Shown here one piece after another: positions 19,403-27,687 of a DNA stretch of 43,980 bases (positions are counted from its first letter, which is position 1; every line of letters begins with the position of its first letter). This DNA comes from an uncultured Rickettsiales bacterium (GTDB lineage Bacteria; Pseudomonadota; Alphaproteobacteria; Rickettsiales; JABIRX01): positions 1-43,980 of the forward strand of contig CAXDRM010000002.1 in NCBI GenBank assembly GCA_963991775.1, written 5' to 3'. The notes beneath the pieces were generated by a model that did not search any database, was not told the DNA's origin, and saw nothing but the letters and a program-made list of their open reading frames with translations. Made by a program: the position numbers and the translations under genes.

Positions 19403-19619
19403 CGTCTCTAGTATTTTTTAAATCTAAAACAATAATCCTTTACAACAGAGCTATTTTATTGCATAAAAACTTCGCTAAAATAATTTTAGCCTATCTTATT
19501 TCATGAAGAAAAGACTAAATAAGATACCCAGATATAAATTAAAAAGGGTATATTATTTAAGTATTTTTAATGAGCATGAGAGCAAAAAAGTGTGATGAAA
19601 ATAAGATACCCTTTTTTAA

Positions 19620-19696
19620 GGGCCAGTAGCTCAGTTGGTTAGAGCACGTCGCTCATAACGATGTGGTCGTGGGTTCAAGTCCCTCCTGGCCCACCA
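19620..19696 (+). tRNA. tRNA with CAT anticodon (elongator Met or lysidine-modified Ile2), encoded CCA
   Basis: I folded the cloverleaf by hand. The acceptor stem is GGGCCAG/CTGGCCC, the D arm GCTCAGTTGGTTAGAGC, and the anticodon stem-loop CGTCG-CTCATAA-CGATG. The T arm GTGGG-TTCAAGT-CCCTC has one U-U mismatch. The variable and T regions (TGGTCG.GGGTTCAAGTCC) resemble tRNA-Ile2. It lacks the initiator features of three G-C pairs in the anticodon stem and a 1-72 mismatch. Confidence 0.85.
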
Positions 19697-19714
19697 TTCT
19701 TAAAATAAATTTGT

Positions 19715-20158
19715 CTACCAATGTTTTAGACCTTGAGCACCCCATTTATTTGGCGCCATTGGATTACCAAAAATAGAGGCATCTTCAAGTCTAAGTGGAT
19801 AACCTTGACCCGATGCTTTTGGTGTCATGCCCGCTTCTCTTAAAGTTGATACCGCAACATGTCGACAAAAAATCATGGCAGATGACCAACCATTTAGATA
19901 ATAGGTATTATTATCAATCACCATCTCCTTATCCTTATTATATTTATAAAAAGTTTTATAATAATCATTGGCAAATCCTGTTGATAAACCAGTTTCACAA
20001 CCATCTAACCAACCTTGTTGATAATCAGGCGGACCATCCGGCATTTGCTTAAATAATCTACTTTTTGGCGCAAAAATACTATCCTTGGTTGGATTACATG
20101 CGCCTAATAATAAGCTAAAAATAATAATAAATATGTTAAATAATTTTACTTTGAACAT
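19715..20158 (-). CDS. Lipoprotein L1 with one copy of the uncharacterised two-Cys module
   Basis: 147 aa with a signal peptide and lipobox LLGAC. The module runs PDGPPDYQQGWLDGCETG ... YYLNGWSSAMIFC. It overlaps the stop of L2 by 13 nt. Confidence 0.7.
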   Translation of the reverse strand: MFKVKLFNIFIIIFSLLLGACNPTKDSIFAPKSRLFKQMPDGPPDYQQGWLDGCETGLSTGFANDYYKTFYKYNKDKEMVIDNNTYYLNGWSSAMIFCRHVAVSTLREAGMTPKASGQGYPLRLEDASIFGNPMAPNKWGAQGLKHW

Positions 20159-20646
20159 TGAAATATACCTTTACATCCGACAAACATTGTATTCCACCAT
20201 GCCTCACCTTGACCTGGTAATCTTACCCCACCTCCAAAATTTAAATCAACACCTTGTGCAAGAGGATATGCAACTGTTGGGTTACCAGCTTTACTTTTGT
20301 GAGATTCTGGTCTTAGCCAAAACCATTTATGCTCAGGCTCAATAAATGCATCTATTGGCTCAAATGCATAACGATTAACAATATGAAAGCAATATAAGTA
20401 ACCTCTTCGCCAAGCATCATAATATTCATCATCAGCCATTAACTCACCATCTTGTTCATATCTAAAAAACATCTTTTGAAAACTATTTCCACGTGAGTAC
20501 ATTGCTGTATTACAACCTTGTCTAGCACCTTTTACCAAGCCATATGAACCATATTTAGGCAAGTCAATGTTGGCAGGATATAGCACATATTTTGAGCATG
20601 AAGTTAAGGCTGATAATGTTAATAATAAGATAAGTATTTCTTTCAT
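20146..20646 (-). CDS. Lipoprotein L2 with one (more diverged) copy of the two-Cys module plus a C-terminal extension
   Basis: 166 aa with lipobox ALTSC. The module runs GLVKGARQGCNTA ... FFRYEQD ... YYDAWRRGYLYC. There is an additional C-terminal Cys pair (GCKGIFQC). Confidence 0.7.
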   Translation of the reverse strand: MKEILILLLTLSALTSCSKYVLYPANIDLPKYGSYGLVKGARQGCNTAMYSRGNSFQKMFFRYEQDGELMADDEYYDAWRRGYLYCFHIVNRYAFEPIDAFIEPEHKWFWLRPESHKSKAGNPTVAYPLAQGVDLNFGGGVRLPGQGEAWWNTMFVGCKGIFQCSK

Positions 20647-20654
20647 ATATAAGC

Positions 20655-21275
20655 CTATAGAAAATTTCTTCTTCCTGACTCCATAAGGTCATAGTAACGA
20701 TGACAATACCAGAAGGCAGTTTTCCAACCTGCATTATATTTTGGGTTAAAACGATCACCCTCGATATAACGAGCATCTTTAAAAAAGCGGTATACAAATT
20801 TATGCTTAGTTTTACCATTTGCACCTTTACCGCTGTTACAACCATCTACCCAACCACGACGATATTCTTCTGGCCCTGGCGGTGCATCTGATAATAGGTT
20901 TTTTCTAATACTGCCTGGCATAGCTTTATTTTGTAGACTCCAACTAACTCTAAAAAATGAGGCTGGCCTACCAATTGCCATTGATTTCATCCATAGATAA
21001 CAGTAGGTAAAAGCATCTTGCCAGGTTCTACGATATAATAGTGATCTATTGTTAAGTACCGGATGTTTATAGTAACCTTGGAAAGTACTTGCGAATAAAT
21101 TATATTGATTCTCAGACATTCCAGAATTACAGCCATCAGTAAATCCCGCCTGGAACTCAGGCGGTCCAGGTGGTGGAGTTTTTTTAGCCCATACAGGTTT
21201 AGACAAAAAATTTATCATCTTATTACTACATGAACCTAAAGCTAGAAATGTTACCAAAAATAATATTTTCCACAT
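20655..21275 (-). CDS. Lipoprotein L3 with two tandem copies of the two-Cys module
   Basis: 206 aa with lipobox ALGSC. The modules run PPGPPEFQAGFTDGCNSG ... YRRTWQDAFTYC and PPGPEEYRRGWVDGCNSG ... YNAGWKTAFWYC. Confidence 0.75.
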   Translation of the reverse strand: MWKILFLVTFLALGSCSNKMINFLSKPVWAKKTPPPGPPEFQAGFTDGCNSGMSENQYNLFASTFQGYYKHPVLNNRSLLYRRTWQDAFTYCYLWMKSMAIGRPASFFRVSWSLQNKAMPGSIRKNLLSDAPPGPEEYRRGWVDGCNSGKGANGKTKHKFVYRFFKDARYIEGDRFNPKYNAGWKTAFWYCHRYYDLMESGRRNFL

Positions 21276-21281
21276 AAATTC

Positions 21282-21614
21282 TTACGCAACAACGTTATCA
21301 AGTAAGTACAGACAATGCTCTTCTCCATCAAAGAAACCAGCTGCATAGACTCTATTTTGAGTCAATAACCAACCATCAAATTCAGGTTTTATATTTCTAA
21401 GCATACCCTGTGCTGCAATACCAAATGAGGATTTACAACCATCTCTAAAACCCTTAGTGTAATCATCATCACCATCAGGTAGACCTCTGGCCATATAGGG
21501 ACGACCTCTCAAACCCCAATCCCATGATTTAGGCATACTCCACGCTTCATGCACACATGAGCTTAAAGTTAAGAAAATGATTGATAATGTAAAAAAACGT
21601 CTGATTTTGCTCAT
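21282..21614 (-). CDS. Lipoprotein L4 with one copy of the two-Cys module
   Basis: 110 aa with lipobox TLSSC. The module runs PDGDDDYTKGFRDGCKSS ... VYAAGFFDGEEHC. There is a 6-nt gap to L3. Confidence 0.7.
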   Translation of the reverse strand: MSKIRRFFTLSIIFLTLSSCVHEAWSMPKSWDWGLRGRPYMARGLPDGDDDYTKGFRDGCKSSFGIAAQGMLRNIKPEFDGWLLTQNRVYAAGFFDGEEHCLYLLDNVVA

Positions 21615-21710
21615 TTACCGCCTAAAATTAAAATGCACGTATATTATAGCATATTTTTAGGCTTAGAGCAAATGCAAGGCAGGTTTGAAGCTAAAGAAAG
21701 AAAACCAGGC

Positions 21711-22475
21711 TTAGAAACGATCCAACTTATATGCTAGAACGCAAGTTTTTGAATTTTCATAGTTTGCGTAGGTAGCAAGATCTGTAAGGCAGCTACCACT
21801 TACGCCTAGAGGCGCATAATTGCTACCAATAAAGGCTATAAGATTGCCTTCTGAAGGATGAGCATCATCTATTTTTTTATCGTAGCGTAACGCATCTTTG
21901 GGCAGCAAATTTCCTAACAAAGGCATATTGCTTACATCTGCAGCAATGTCTAAACCACCTACTACTAAATAATTTCTTTCTGCAACTGCAATATCAAGGC
22001 TAGAGCCAGATTTTCTAGAAAAACTACTATAGTGATGAGCCGCATATCTCCCGTAATTATCATAATTTGTTTTTGGAAAAATATCTTCATCTGTAGGAGT
22101 AGAAGAGCTTGATATAGTAAATTCTGGGTTTACAATATTAGCCGCTTTAAGATGCAACCAAAATTTTGAAAACTCAGCGGGGCTCTCAATTAAACCATCG
22201 CCATCACCCGAACAAATATCCGAGCCACCATTATCTCCTAAACAATTATTACCAAAAAATTGGGCTGCTTTAGCAAAATCACCAGGATATTGTCTATATG
22301 TACTTATGAAACTAACTACCGAAGTTTTGTATTTTTCAAGATTAGAAATATCTTTATTAAGAGCTGTAGTATTTAAAAGTCTGCTCCCTGCTACTATACC
22401 AACAGCGAGTAAACCAATAATAATCAAAGTAACTGATAATTCTACTAATGAAAAAGCTCGGTTATTTAACATCAT
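21711..22475 (-). CDS. Type IV pilin / pseudopilin-like protein P1 (prepilin-type N-terminal domain)
   Basis: 254 aa. It has a short basic leader MMLNNRA, then FSLVELSVTLIIIGLLAVGIVAG (Phe+1, Glu+5, hydrophobic helix). A C-terminal Cys pair lies 17 residues apart (GSCLTDLATYANYENSKTCV), like a pilin D-region. It is a paralogue of P2 at 28078. Confidence 0.75.
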   Translation of the reverse strand: MMLNNRAFSLVELSVTLIIIGLLAVGIVAGSRLLNTTALNKDISNLEKYKTSVVSFISTYRQYPGDFAKAAQFFGNNCLGDNGGSDICSGDGDGLIESPAEFSKFWLHLKAANIVNPEFTISSSSTPTDEDIFPKTNYDNYGRYAAHHYSSFSRKSGSSLDIAVAERNYLVVGGLDIAADVSNMPLLGNLLPKDALRYDKKIDDAHPSEGNLIAFIGSNYAPLGVSGSCLTDLATYANYENSKTCVLAYKLDRF

Positions 22476-22519
22476 AAATATTAGTAGCTTAGCACTACTT
22501 AAGTGATCAATAGATAAAT

Positions 22520-23959
22520 CTACTTACCAGTCATGATTCTATCAACTAACTGCTGCGTAGTAGGTATAAAACCATCAGCATAATATGGATCAGCAGCAAA
22601 TTTAAAGGCATTATGACCAGCAAACATTAGCTCATTATCAACATTACCATCTACAATAATATTTTGTAGAGTTTTTTGAATACAGAAACTTCTAGGATCA
22701 GGTTTCTTACCTGTAGTATAATTATGCTCTTCTGAACTATACCAATTACTAAATTTACAAGCAGTTAAACAACCCATGCAATCAGCTTGATCCTTTTTAA
22801 TTTCCATAGCTTTTTCAGGAGATACAAAAATAAGCGTGCTATCTTCAGTTTTCATCACCTCGGTAAAGCCTTGGCTTTTCCAATTTTCAGCTAATTTAGC
22901 AGAGTCTTGATCTGTAAAAAATTGACGATTTCTTCTACCATAAGTAACTGCAACATTATGCTCTGCTGTTGCCTCACTACTATATGCAACTTGACGATCA
23001 GATCTAGCTCGCAATTCTTTGATAAAATCATTATTGACTGCTGATGAATAAAAACCTGTTGGGCTGAAACGGTTTAAAAAAACATCACCTTCTTTTAAAG
23101 TAAGTAGCTTTTGCTTCCATTCTTCAGGAGCAGGGTTCTCTTTAGTTACAATTGGCCTTGTACCATATTGAAAAGCAATTTTACCAATTTTTTTATCATC
23201 TAACCATTCAGCGTAATCTTCTAAGTGCCAAACTCCTCCTGCCATGATAATTGGTACATCTTCAAGACCCACCTCATTCATAAAAGCACGAATTTCAACA
23301 AGACGTGGATATGGATCTTGAGCTTGATTAGGATCTTCAGCATTAGAAAGACCATTATGCCCTCCTGCTTTCCAAGGATCTTCATAAACTACCCCACCAA
23401 TATATTGTGAAAATTTTGAGTAAGATCTTTTCCATAAAGCTCTAAATGCACGCATTGATGAAACAATTGGATAATAAAAGAAATCATATTTTTCTGCGAG
23501 AGGCCCCAAACGATAAGGCATACCTGCACCACAAGTGATACCATGAATTAAGCCTTTTGCTTTTTCCATAACACCATGAATGATACGCTCTGTACCAGCT
23601 GCTTCCCAAAGTAGATTCATATGGATTCTACCGGTATTTTTTGCAATATCTGCAGCAATACGTGCTTGATCAATAGCAGCTTTAATTGAATGCTGCATTA
23701 ATTCTTCATGTTTTTCTAAACGAGTTTTACCTTTGTAAATAAGAGGTATTGCCTCTCCATTTGCATCGATTCTTTCAGCATTTACGCCTGAAAATGTTCC
23801 AACTGCTCCTGTGGCAGCAAAATGGCCTGCACTAAAGCCGTTACTCACTCCAACACCCTTACCACCTTCAATAATTGGTAAAGTTTCTAGCCCAGAAAGA
23901 GCTAATGATTTTAATCCTGATAACAAAATAGATTCACCTGTATGATTTCGATTTAACAT
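22520..23959 (-). CDS. Nitronate monooxygenase / 2-nitropropane dioxygenase family FMN oxidoreductase (long form)
   Basis: About 480 aa with TIM-barrel FMN motifs (PIIEGGKGVGVS, ITCGAGMPY, IIMAGGVW) and a C-terminal Cys motif CMGCLTAC. The start is either the ATG at 23974 or the one at 23959. Confidence 0.6.
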   Translation of the reverse strand: MLNRNHTGESILLSGLKSLALSGLETLPIIEGGKGVGVSNGFSAGHFAATGAVGTFSGVNAERIDANGEAIPLIYKGKTRLEKHEELMQHSIKAAIDQARIAADIAKNTGRIHMNLLWEAAGTERIIHGVMEKAKGLIHGITCGAGMPYRLGPLAEKYDFFYYPIVSSMRAFRALWKRSYSKFSQYIGGVVYEDPWKAGGHNGLSNAEDPNQAQDPYPRLVEIRAFMNEVGLEDVPIIMAGGVWHLEDYAEWLDDKKIGKIAFQYGTRPIVTKENPAPEEWKQKLLTLKEGDVFLNRFSPTGFYSSAVNNDFIKELRARSDRQVAYSSEATAEHNVAVTYGRRNRQFFTDQDSAKLAENWKSQGFTEVMKTEDSTLIFVSPEKAMEIKKDQADCMGCLTACKFSNWYSSEEHNYTTGKKPDPRSFCIQKTLQNIIVDGNVDNELMFAGHNAFKFAADPYYADGFIPTTQQLVDRIMTGK

Positions 23960-24056
23960 TCTATATAAGCACATTTTAAGGTCAAATTATTAATTGATCT
24001 TAATAAGTCAATTAACGTATAATGACGGCTTACATGTAAAATGTCTTATGATAAAA

Positions 24057-24110
24057 TTACTACCGTCCCCTCGGTAAAATTTTTGTCTAAGGTAAAATCA
24101 CTCGGGAATC
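24057..24110 (-). repeat. Family B palindromic interspersed repeat, copy B1
   Basis: The reverse complement reads GATTCCCGAGTGATTTT...AAAAATTTTACCGAGGGGACGG. It shares the blocks C(C/T)CGAGTGATTTT and AAAATTTTACCGAG with copy B2. The local palindrome is TACCGTCCCCTCGGTA. Confidence 0.6.
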
Positions 24111-24126
24111 TAATGTGTAAAATATC

Positions 24127-26763
24127 ATGAAAAAAAACGCATCCACACCAATGATGCAACAATATTTGGATTTAAAAGATAAGTATCCAGATTGCATTCT
24201 ATTTTACCGTATGGGTGATTTTTATGAAATGTTTTATGAAGATGCTGTTAAATCTGCAACAATTCTTGATATTGCCTTAACAAAAAGAGGTAAAGAAAAA
24301 AACCAAGATATACCAATGTGCGGTGTACCTTTTCATGCTTATCAATCTTACTTAGAAAAGCTTATTAAAGCTGGTAATCGTGTCGCAATATGTGAACAGC
24401 TTGAATCACCAGAAGAAGCAAAAAAACGTGGCTATAAAGCTGTTGTAAAAAGAGATGTAGTAAGAGTAGTCACTGCCGGTACAGTTATTGAAGATAATTT
24501 ACTTGATCCAAAAGCAGAAAATTACTTACTTGCTGTTTGTGCCAACAAACAAAAATGTGCACTTGCTTGGGCTGATATCACCACAGGAAATTTCAATTTT
24601 CAGCTAATTAACAAAAATGAACTAGCAGATAAATTAGCAATTATTGCTGCACGAGAAATTATTCTTAGTGATAATCTACTTGCTGACCAAGAATTAAAAG
24701 AACTCTTTTTAGAATATAAAGAAAAGCTAGTTAATTTTCCTGACAGCTATTTTGCTACGCAAAAAAATAAAGAAATCTTAAAAGATTATTATCAGTTAAA
24801 ATTCACTGATGGTTTAGCTTTACAAGATGACCTTGCCTTTGCAAGCTGTGGGGCAATAATCAGCTATTTACAAGTTACGCAAAAAGAACAGCTTCCTGTA
24901 TTAAATCTACCACAAACAGCTGAGCAAAGTAACTATCTTGAATTAGACCGTACCTCACTTAATAGTTTAGAGATTTTTAATAGTAGCGAAAAAAATAATT
25001 CGATCATTGCCCTACTCGATAAATGCATGACCGCTCAGGGTTCACGCTTTTTACGCACTCAATTAGCACGGCCTATCAAAGATAAAAAAAAGCTAGAGCA
25101 AAGATTAAAACAATTAAGCTATTTTTATGAGCAAAATGCGCAACAAGATAATTTACGCAGCTTGCTCAAAAATTTTCCTGATGCAGAGCGCGCTATGCAT
25201 AAATTACTTATTGGTAAAGGCAGCGCCAGAGAATTTTTGATCATCGTAAATAGTTTAAAAGTAATTTTAGAGCTAGTAGCTTATGCTGATGAACATGCAG
25301 AGTTTGCAGAATTTTTTGCTAATTATCTAAAAAAATTACAAAATTTTTCTGAGCTATTTATAGAATTTAATATTTTTAGTGAATCACCACCTTTATTACT
25401 ACGCGAAGGAGGCTTTATTCGTCCTGGAATTGATGATGAATTAGATCGCTTAAAGAATCTTAAAAGTAATGCTAAAGAAAAAATAGCCGAGCTAGAAGTC
25501 AAATATCGAGAAGCTACGAGCATTAATAATCTAAAAATTAGAGCAACTAATATTATGGGTTATTACATAGAAATTCCTTCTAGCCAAGCAGGTAAAATGA
25601 ATCAGGAAGAATTTGCACATAAGCAAACCTTAGCTAATAATATCAGATATACTTCTAGAGATTTGCAGCAAATAGAGGCAGAGCTTGCTAATTCAGCAGA
25701 TTTAGTATTACAGCTTGAATTAAAGATTTTTGCTGAGTTGCTTGAAAAACTTCGCGCCAACTTTGCCAGATTTAGCGAAGCATTTACCTCGATAGCAATA
25801 TTTGATTTCTATAGTAATCTAGCCTATGTCGCGCACAAGAATGGCTTTTGCAAACCAGAAATTGTAGCAAAGAATATTTTAGAAATTAGCGGCGGCTTTC
25901 ATCCTGTGGTTAAAAACAACTTAAAGCTAATGGCTGAAGATTTCACCGCTAATGATTGCAACCTCGCTAAGGAACAATTAATGTGGCTGATCACTGGTCC
26001 AAATATGGCAGGTAAATCAACCTTTTTAAGACAAAATGCTTTAATTATATTACTAGGACAAATAGGCTCTTATGTGCCTGCCACACAGGCTAAAATTGGC
26101 GTCACTGACCGTATATTTTGTCGTGTTGGTGCAAGCGATGATTTAGCAAGGGGCAGATCAACTTTCATGGTTGAAATGCTTGAAGCAGCCAATATCTTAA
26201 ATAATGCAACAGAGCGCTCTTTTATTATCTTAGATGAAATTGGTAGAGGCACAGCCACATTTGATGGAGCATCTTTAGCAGGCAGCATCATTAAATATAT
26301 CCATGATAAAGTTGGTGCACGCACTTTATTTGCTACTCATTATCATGAACTAGGAGATTTTATCAAACAATTGACAAATTTTGCTAGCTATCATGTCTTG
26401 GTCAGTGAATCAGCTGGTCAAATTAACTTTAAGCACCAAATTGTAAAAGGCTTAGCTAGCAAATCTTATGGTGTGGCTGTAGCAGCGCTGGCTGGCATGC
26501 CTAAAGAAGTTATTAGTGATGCTAAGAAATTATTAGCTGATATGGAAGAAGAAGCTGCTTTAAAAGATAAATTACAGCTTTCCTTATTTGAGCAAGCTGC
26601 AGATGTGCCAAACACCACAAGTGCTAATGTTAATGCTGAAAGTGAACGACTTAATAAGGAGGAACTTGAGATTCTTGAAAATTTAAAAAATTTAAATATA
26701 GATGAAATAACGCCTAAACAAGCTATGGACTTAATTTATGAATATCAAAAACAAATTAAATAA
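24127..26763 (+). CDS. mutS: DNA mismatch repair protein MutS
   Basis: 878 aa with the N-terminal mismatch-binding motif (TPMMQQYLDLKDKYPDCILFYRMGDFYEMF), Walker A GPNMAGKST and Walker B ILDEIGRGT. Confidence 0.95.
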   Translation: MKKNASTPMMQQYLDLKDKYPDCILFYRMGDFYEMFYEDAVKSATILDIALTKRGKEKNQDIPMCGVPFHAYQSYLEKLIKAGNRVAICEQLESPEEAKKRGYKAVVKRDVVRVVTAGTVIEDNLLDPKAENYLLAVCANKQKCALAWADITTGNFNFQLINKNELADKLAIIAAREIILSDNLLADQELKELFLEYKEKLVNFPDSYFATQKNKEILKDYYQLKFTDGLALQDDLAFASCGAIISYLQVTQKEQLPVLNLPQTAEQSNYLELDRTSLNSLEIFNSSEKNNSIIALLDKCMTAQGSRFLRTQLARPIKDKKKLEQRLKQLSYFYEQNAQQDNLRSLLKNFPDAERAMHKLLIGKGSAREFLIIVNSLKVILELVAYADEHAEFAEFFANYLKKLQNFSELFIEFNIFSESPPLLLREGGFIRPGIDDELDRLKNLKSNAKEKIAELEVKYREATSINNLKIRATNIMGYYIEIPSSQAGKMNQEEFAHKQTLANNIRYTSRDLQQIEAELANSADLVLQLELKIFAELLEKLRANFARFSEAFTSIAIFDFYSNLAYVAHKNGFCKPEIVAKNILEISGGFHPVVKNNLKLMAEDFTANDCNLAKEQLMWLITGPNMAGKSTFLRQNALIILLGQIGSYVPATQAKIGVTDRIFCRVGASDDLARGRSTFMVEMLEAANILNNATERSFIILDEIGRGTATFDGASLAGSIIKYIHDKVGARTLFATHYHELGDFIKQLTNFASYHVLVSESAGQINFKHQIVKGLASKSYGVAVAALAGMPKEVISDAKKLLADMEEEAALKDKLQLSLFEQAADVPNTTSANVNAESERLNKEELEILENLKNLNIDEITPKQAMDLIYEYQKQIK

Positions 26764-27556
26764 AAATATCTATCTAGATAATGATCTGGTGCTTTTTGCC
26801 AATGAGCTTGCAGATCTTAGTGAAAAAATTATCCACAAATATTTTCGCTCTGATGCTTTACAAGATTTTGAAAAAGATGACGCTTCACCTCTTACTATTG
26901 CAGATACTGAGGTAGAACAAGCCTTACGCAATTTAATTGAGCAGCGTTACCCAGAGCATGGCATTCATGGTGAAGAATTTGGCGAAACTTCAGGTAATAG
27001 CCCTTATAAATGGTATATTGACCCTATTGATGGTACTAGCTCTTTTGTGTGTGGCAAACCAATTTTTACTACTTTAATCGCACTAACTTATGAGCAAAAG
27101 CCTATTTTTGGTATTATTAACCAACCTATTTTAAAAGAAAGATGGCAAGGCGGTGATGCTTTTCAGACTAACCTAAATGGTAGCAATATTTCTACTAGAC
27201 AAATTGCCCAATTAGCTGATGCAATATTTTGTACTACTTCACCCTATTTATTTAATGAGCAACAACTTAAAAAATTTGAGTCAATTAAAGCGCAAACTAA
27301 ATATCAAAAATATGGTGGAGTATTTTTTGGTGGCGATTCATATTCATATGGTTTGCTAGCTTCTGGTCATGTAGATATTATTTTAGAGGCTGGCCTTAAA
27401 GCGCATGATTTTTTAGCATTAGCTCCGGTAGTAAGTTCAGCAGGAGGAATAATCAGTGACTGGCAGGGTAATCCTCTAGAAGAATATTCTAATGGTGAAG
27501 TTCTGGCTTGTGGTTCAAAAGAAATACATCAGCAAGTTTTGGAGTTACTTAGGTAG
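26738..27556 (+). CDS. Inositol monophosphatase family protein (SuhB/HisN-like)
   Basis: 272 aa with IMPase motifs HGEEFG and WYIDPIDGTSSF. It overlaps the mutS 3' end by 26 nt. Confidence 0.8.
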   Translation: MNIKNKLNKNIYLDNDLVLFANELADLSEKIIHKYFRSDALQDFEKDDASPLTIADTEVEQALRNLIEQRYPEHGIHGEEFGETSGNSPYKWYIDPIDGTSSFVCGKPIFTTLIALTYEQKPIFGIINQPILKERWQGGDAFQTNLNGSNISTRQIAQLADAIFCTTSPYLFNEQQLKKFESIKAQTKYQKYGGVFFGGDSYSYGLLASGHVDIILEAGLKAHDFLALAPVVSSAGGIISDWQGNPLEEYSNGEVLACGSKEIHQQVLELLR

Positions 27557-27567
27557 TTTATTTCAAG

Positions 27568-27687
27568 TTCTAAGACTGATGGGCATTTCGGTACAATTTT
27601 AGCTACGCTAAAATCACTCAATGACCGAAATATTAAGGTTGCTCGAGTGATTTTTTATGCAAATAAAAAATTTTACCGAGAGATCCC
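27568..27687 (+). repeat. Family B palindromic interspersed repeat, copy B2 (with TTCTAAGACT...TACAATTTT block)
   Basis: It contains GGTTGCTCGAGTG and TTACCGAGAGATCC blocks. The internal perfect hairpin arms are ATTTCGGT and ACCGAAAT. The 5' block TTCTAAGACT...TTTCGGTACAATTTT recurs at 33252-33285. Confidence 0.65.

Noticed and set aside
19503-19595. A 30-codon basic ORF (MKKRLNKIPRYKLKRVYYLSIFNEHESKKV) upstream of the tRNA(CAT) gene.
   Set aside because: It has no ribosome-binding site and overlaps the repeated 13-mer motifs. Its composition is what an AT-rich spacer yields by chance.
19795-20891. Alternative-frame and antisense ORFs overlapping the lipoprotein array: 19795-20052 (+), 20085-20345 (+), 20564-20845 (-) and 20700-20891 (+).
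   Set aside because: The L1-L4 frames are supported by signal peptides, lipoboxes and a recurring module. The overlapping frames show none of these and cut across the gene boundaries.
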